64,000 nucleotides of DNA from Candidatus Binatia bacterium (lineage in GTDB: Bacteria; Desulfobacterota; Binatia; HRBIN30), in the NCBI GenBank assembly GCA_038245295.1, contig JBBRSP010000006.1, positions 32,001 through 96,000 on the forward strand. The letters are read 5' to 3'. The notes beneath the pieces are model-generated. The model worked only from the letters and a program-made list of their open reading frames with translations. It did no database searches and was not told the origin of the DNA. A program made the position numbers and the translations under genes. How positions within the stretch are numbered: position 1 is the first letter of the stretch; the number at the start of each line of letters is the position of its first letter. Shown here one piece after another: positions 59,708 through 64,000 of the stretch.

Positions 59708-60956
59708 AGTTCGCATCCCTACCCTCGGTGAGTCGGTTACCGAGGGCGTCATCGTCCGCTGGATCAAGAAGGAAGGCGATTCGGTGAAAACCGATGAGCC
59801 TTTGCTCGAGCTCGAGACCGACAAGGCGAGTGTCGAAGTGCCCGCCGTTCGCGGTGGGGTCCTGCATATCGTCAAGCCGGAAGGCGCCACGGTACAGGTC
59901 GGAGAGGTCGTCGCCACCATTGATGGCGCCGCCACTTCAACTGCCTCCGCCACCCCGCCGCCGGTCGAACCCGCCAAGCCAGCAAGCCCTCCGGCCACGC
60001 CACCCGCCGACCTATCAACGGTCGCAGGAAAGGCACCGTCTGCCATCGAGACAGGCTTGAGCCCGGCCGTGCGCAAATTGGTGGCCGAACACGATATCCA
60101 ACCGGATCAGATTGCCGCCACCGGGCGTGGTGGTCGTATCACCAAGGCGGATGTTCTGGCGCACATCGAGAAGACGGTGACACCCGAAGAACAAGCGCCC
60201 GCCGATCCAACGACACCCGCCGCACCAACCCCACCGGTGACCACAGCCCCGGTCAGTGCTGACGTCGAGCGTGTGCCGATGACACACCTGCGCCGCCGCA
60301 TCGCCGAACGTCTCGTGCAAGCGCAACATACCGCCGCGATCCTGACGACGTTCAACGAAGTTGACATGACCAATGTCATGGACCTGCGCGCGCGGCACAA
60401 GGAACGATTCAAACAAGTCCACGGCGTCTCCCTCGGCTTCATGTCGTTCTTCGCGCGCGCCTGTATCCATGCGCTGCGCGACGTACCGGTCGCCAACGCC
60501 CAGATCGATGGCAATGACGTCGTCTACCACAAGCATGTCCATCTTGGCGTCGCGGTTGGGACTGAACGCGGGCTGGTCGTCCCAGTCGTGCACAACGCCG
60601 ACCTGCTCAGCTTTGCCGAAGTCGAAAAGGAGATTGAACGTCTTGCCGGCTTGGCGCGCATCAGCAAGCTGGGCATTTCCGATTTGAGCGGCGGAACCTT
60701 CACGATCTCGAACGGCGGCGTTTACGGCTCTTTGATGTCGACGCCGATCCTCAACCCGCCGCAAGCCGCGATACTCGGGATGCACAAGATTGAAAAACGT
60801 CCGGTCGTCGTCGGCGATCAAATCGTCATCCGACCAATGATGTACCTTGCCGTTTCTTACGATCACCGACTCATCGACGGCGAGCATGCTGTCACCTTCC
60901 TGGTGCGCATCAAAGAGCGCCTCGAAGATCCGACTCGTCTGCTCTTCGACGTCTGA
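59697..60956 (+). CDS. sucB: Dihydrolipoamide succinyltransferase E2
   Basis: Lipoyl domain ETDKA, E3-binding [26 protein letters not shown]. Confidence 0.97.
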   Translation: MAAEVRIPTLGESVTEGVIVRWIKKEGDSVKTDEPLLELETDKASVEVPAVRGGVLHIVKPEGATVQVGEVVATIDGAATSTASATPPPVEPAKPASPPATPPADLSTVAGKAPSAIETGLSPAVRKLVAEHDIQPDQIAATGRGGRITKADVLAHIEKTVTPEEQAPADPTTPAAPTPPVTTAPVSADVERVPMTHLRRRIAERLVQAQHTAAILTTFNEVDMTNVMDLRARHKERFKQVHGVSLGFMSFFARACIHALRDVPVANAQIDGNDVVYHKHVHLGVAVGTERGLVVPVVHNADLLSFAEVEKEIERLAGLARISKLGISDLSGGTFTISNGGVYGSLMSTPILNPPQAAILGMHKIEKRPVVVGDQIVIRPMMYLAVSYDHRLIDGEHAVTFLVRIKERLEDPTRLLFDV

Positions 60957-60964
60957 GCAATCCG

Positions 60965-62365
60965 ATGGCACCCAACAACGATTTCGATCTCGTCGTCATC
61001 GGCTCTGGGCCGGGCGGCTACATGGCAGCCATTCGCGCCGCCCAACTCGGCATGCGCGTTGCCTGTGTCGAGAAGGATCAGGCGCCCGGCGGCACTTGTC
61101 TCAACATCGGCTGCATCCCGAGCAAAGCCATGCTCGATTCGAGCGAGCGTTTCCACGTGGCAAAGAGCGGACTCGCCGCTCACGGCATCAAGGTCAGCGG
61201 CGTCGAGCTGGATTTGCCGACCATGCTGTCACGTAAGGACCGTGTCGTAAAAACCCTGACAAGCGGAGTCAGCGGTCTCCTCAAGAAACACAAGATTGAA
61301 CGGGTCATCGGGATCGGCCGCCTGACGTCACCGACGACGGTGGAGGTCACCGGCGGCGAAACGCGCACTCTGACGACCAAGAAGGTCTTGATCGCCACGG
61401 GAAGCGCGCCGATCGCTCTGCCGGCACTGCCTTTCGACGGCAAACGTATTGTCTGTTCTACAGAAGCGCTGGCGTTCACCAGCGTCCCGAAGACCATGCT
61501 CGTTGTCGGCGCCGGCGCCATTGGCCTCGAGCTCGGCTCGGTTTGGGCGCGGCTTGGTACCGCTGTGCACGTCGTCGAATTCCTCGACCGTATCGTCCCC
61601 GGCATGGATCGTAAGATGGGTGAGGCGCTGCAGAAGCTGCTGCAGAAGCAAGGAATCACCTTCCAATTGCAGACGACAGCCAAAGCCGCCAAGGTTTCGC
61701 AAACCGGTGTGACGGTTACCCTGGAAAGCAACGGCGTCAGCGAGCAGCGTGAAGCCGAGGTCGTGCTGGTTGCCGTCGGGCGCCGCCCCTACACCGAAGG
61801 CCTGGGCGCCAAAGAGATCGGCGTCGAGCTGGATGCGAAGGGCCGCATCGTCGTCGACGCCCACTTCCAGACCAAAGTTCCCGGGGTTTTCGCGATCGGT
61901 GACGTCATCGCCGGCCCGATGCTGGCGCACAAAGCAGAAGAAGAAGGTGTTGCCGCCGTCGAGTCCATGGCGGGCCAGGCCGGTCACGTGAATTACGAAG
62001 CGATCCCCTCGGTTGTTTACACCGCCCCCGAGTTGGCCGCGGTTGGCATCACCGAGGAGCAGGCAAAAGAACGCGGTCTCGATATCCGGATCGGCACCTT
62101 CCCGTTCCTGGCCAACGGCCGCGCCAAGGCGATGGGCGAAACGGACGGCATGGTGAAGATGATTGCCGATGCCAAGACCGACCGTGTTCTCGGCATCCAT
62201 ATCCTTGGCGCTCGCGCCTCCGATATGATCGCCGAAGCTGTCGTGGCGATGGAATTTTACGCCAGCTCGGAAGACATCGCGCGTTCGTCGCATGCACACC
62301 CGACGATGCCGGAGGCCATCAAAGAAGCCGCGCTCGCCGTTCACGGACGGACGCTGAACCTCTGA
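60965..62365 (+). CDS. lpdA: Dihydrolipoamide dehydrogenase
   Basis: GSGPGGY, GGTCLNIGCIPSK, MLAHKAEEEG, HAHPT. Confidence 0.98.
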   Translation: MAPNNDFDLVVIGSGPGGYMAAIRAAQLGMRVACVEKDQAPGGTCLNIGCIPSKAMLDSSERFHVAKSGLAAHGIKVSGVELDLPTMLSRKDRVVKTLTSGVSGLLKKHKIERVIGIGRLTSPTTVEVTGGETRTLTTKKVLIATGSAPIALPALPFDGKRIVCSTEALAFTSVPKTMLVVGAGAIGLELGSVWARLGTAVHVVEFLDRIVPGMDRKMGEALQKLLQKQGITFQLQTTAKAAKVSQTGVTVTLESNGVSEQREAEVVLVAVGRRPYTEGLGAKEIGVELDAKGRIVVDAHFQTKVPGVFAIGDVIAGPMLAHKAEEEGVAAVESMAGQAGHVNYEAIPSVVYTAPELAAVGITEEQAKERGLDIRIGTFPFLANGRAKAMGETDGMVKMIADAKTDRVLGIHILGARASDMIAEAVVAMEFYASSEDIARSSHAHPTMPEAIKEAALAVHGRTLNL

Positions 62366-62416
62366 TCGTCTGATCCACAAGCGCGACGCGAGAAAACGAC
62401 GCTCTCCTCAACCCGA

Positions 62417-64000
62417 TCATCCGTTCCATTTCCAATTGCGGATCTCCGGCAGATCCTCGCCGTGTTGGTCGATGTACTGCTTGTGCTCGATGAGTTTTTG
62501 TTTGAGTTGCTGCTTCAAGTAGAGGCCTCTGTCGCCGGTTTGTGGCAGGCGATCGATCGTATCCATCACGAGGTGGAAGCGATCGAGGTCGTTCAGCACC
62601 GTCATATCGAACGGCGTGGTGATCGTACCCTCTTCCTTGTAGCCACGCACGTGAATGTTGCTGTGATTGGTGCGGCGATAGGTAAGTCGGTGGATCAGCC
62701 ACGGATACGCATGGAAGGCAAAAATGACTGGCTTGTCCTTCGTGAACAGCTCGTCGAAATCCATATCGCTCAGCCCGTGCGGGTGCTCGCTCTGCGGTTG
62801 CAACCGCATGAGGTCAACGACATTGACGACGCGGATTTTCAGCTCGGGTAGCTGTTCGCGCAGGATGGAAGTCGCGGCCAGAGTTTCGAGCGTTGGAACG
62901 TCGCCACAGCATGCCATGACGACGTCGGGAGCTACCCCCTGATCGTTGCTGGCCCATTGCCAGATGCCGATACCCTGGGTGCAGTGTTTGACTGCCGCCT
63001 CCATTGTCAGCCACTGCGGTGCCGGGTGTTTGCCGGCGATGACGACATTGACGTAATGGCGGCTGCGCAAGCAGTGGTCCATCACCGAAAGCAGGCAGTT
63101 GGCATCCGGCGGTAGATACACACGAACAACCTCCGCCTTCTTGTTCACGACATGGTCTATGAAGCCGGGGTCCTGGTGCGTGAACCCATTATGATCCTGG
63201 CGCCAGACATGTGACGCCAGGAGATAGTTGAGCGAGGCAATCTTGTGTCGCCAAGGAAGCCGCGCCGTGACCTTCAACCACTTGGCGTGCTGGTTGAACA
63301 TCGAATCGACGATGTGGATGAACGCCTCATAGCAGTTGAAGAGTCCATGCCGTCCCGTAAGTAGGTAGCCCTCGAGCCAGCCCTCGCATTGGTGCTCACT
63401 GAGCATTTCCAGCACGCGCCCTGTCGGTGCGAGGAACTCATCGTTCGGAAGGGTGGCAGCATCCCATTGACGTTGGGTCGCTCCGAAAAGGGCCTCCAAG
63501 CCGTTGGAGAGCGTCTCGTCGGGGCCAAAGACGCGGAAGTTTCGCTGGTCGCTGTTGAGTTTCACGACATCACGCAGGAAAGGTCCGAGCACATGCGTGT
63601 CGCCGATGCCACGCGCTCCAGGTGCAGGAACATCCGCGGCGTAGTCGCGGAAATCCGGCATACGGAGATCGTGCAGAAGGATGCCGCCGTTAGCGTGCGG
63701 ATTCGCGCCCATGCGGCGATCTCCCCTGGGAGCCAGGTCCGCAAGCTCGGGCTTCAGGCAACCCTGCTCGTCGAACAACTCCTGCGGTCGGTAGCTCCGC
63801 AGCCACTCTTCCAACAACTCGAGGTGCTCAGGATGCGCCGCCGGGTGGAGCGGCACCTGGTGCGATCGGAAGGTGTCTTCCACCGCAAGACCGTCGACTA
63901 CCTTTGGCCCGGTCCAGCCCTTGGGCGAACGGAGGACGATCATCGGCCAGCGTGGACGCACGAAGTTGCCCGAATCGTGATTCGCGCGAGCCGCCTGCTG
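62417..64000 (-). CDS. xfp: Phosphoketolase, 5' end outside the window
   Basis: [65 protein letters not shown]. Confidence 0.97.
   Translation of the reverse strand, partial: QQAARANHDSGNFVRPRWPMIVLRSPKGWTGPKVVDGLAVEDTFRSHQVPLHPAAHPEHLELLEEWLRSYRPQELFDEQGCLKPELADLAPRGDRRMGANPHANGGILLHDLRMPDFRDYAADVPAPGARGIGDTHVLGPFLRDVVKLNSDQRNFRVFGPDETLSNGLEALFGATQRQWDAATLPNDEFLAPTGRVLEMLSEHQCEGWLEGYLLTGRHGLFNCYEAFIHIVDSMFNQHAKWLKVTARLPWRHKIASLNYLLASHVWRQDHNGFTHQDPGFIDHVVNKKAEVVRVYLPPDANCLLSVMDHCLRSRHYVNVVIAGKHPAPQWLTMEAAVKHCTQGIGIWQWASNDQGVAPDVVMACCGDVPTLETLAATSILREQLPELKIRVVNVVDLMRLQPQSEHPHGLSDMDFDELFTKDKPVIFAFHAYPWLIHRLTYRRTNHSNIHVRGYKEEGTITTPFDMTVLNDLDRFHLVMDTIDRLPQTGDRGLYLKQQLKQKLIEHKQYIDQHGEDLPEIRNWKWNG

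Overview
GC-rich bacterial chromosomal segment with no rRNA, tRNA, CRISPR array, integrase or transposase that I can see. The gene content (LLM-F420 oxidoreductase, P450, DUF1302, Pro/Thr-linker surface proteins, a C-terminal 'CxGDCDGDG' dockerin-like tag, deltaproteobacterial-type pilMNOPQ) suggests a Binatia/Deltaproteobacteria-like diderm; this is inference. Left to right: a catabolic region (P450, F420 LLM, atypical SDR, epoxide hydrolase-like protein, thiolase/DUF35/hydantoinase A+B operon opposite a DUF1302 gene); a ubiA-cupin-gmd glycan operon; a small regulatory module at 18.6-19.6 kb; ddl; pilMNOPQ-aroB-[lipoprotein + 2230-aa Ig-like lipoprotein]-aroQ; GMC dehydrogenase and cytochromes; tetR-aurF-like-nitroreductase; chdC/hemQ, rlmD, ggt, kup; an rpoD-like gene followed by a 51-aa ORF missing from the ORF track; ribB with a degenerate cyclohydrolase domain; EIIA-sucA-sucB-lpdA; partial phosphoketolase. 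The strongest unexplained signal is a complete leader-peptide/antiterminator/terminator attenuator architecture (19361-19612, minus strand). It lies upstream of an XRE HTH regulator, a small membrane protein and an anti-SD-rich structured 3' RNA, not an amino-acid operon. Family calls come from recognised motifs, not database searches, and several starts were re-picked from RBS position.
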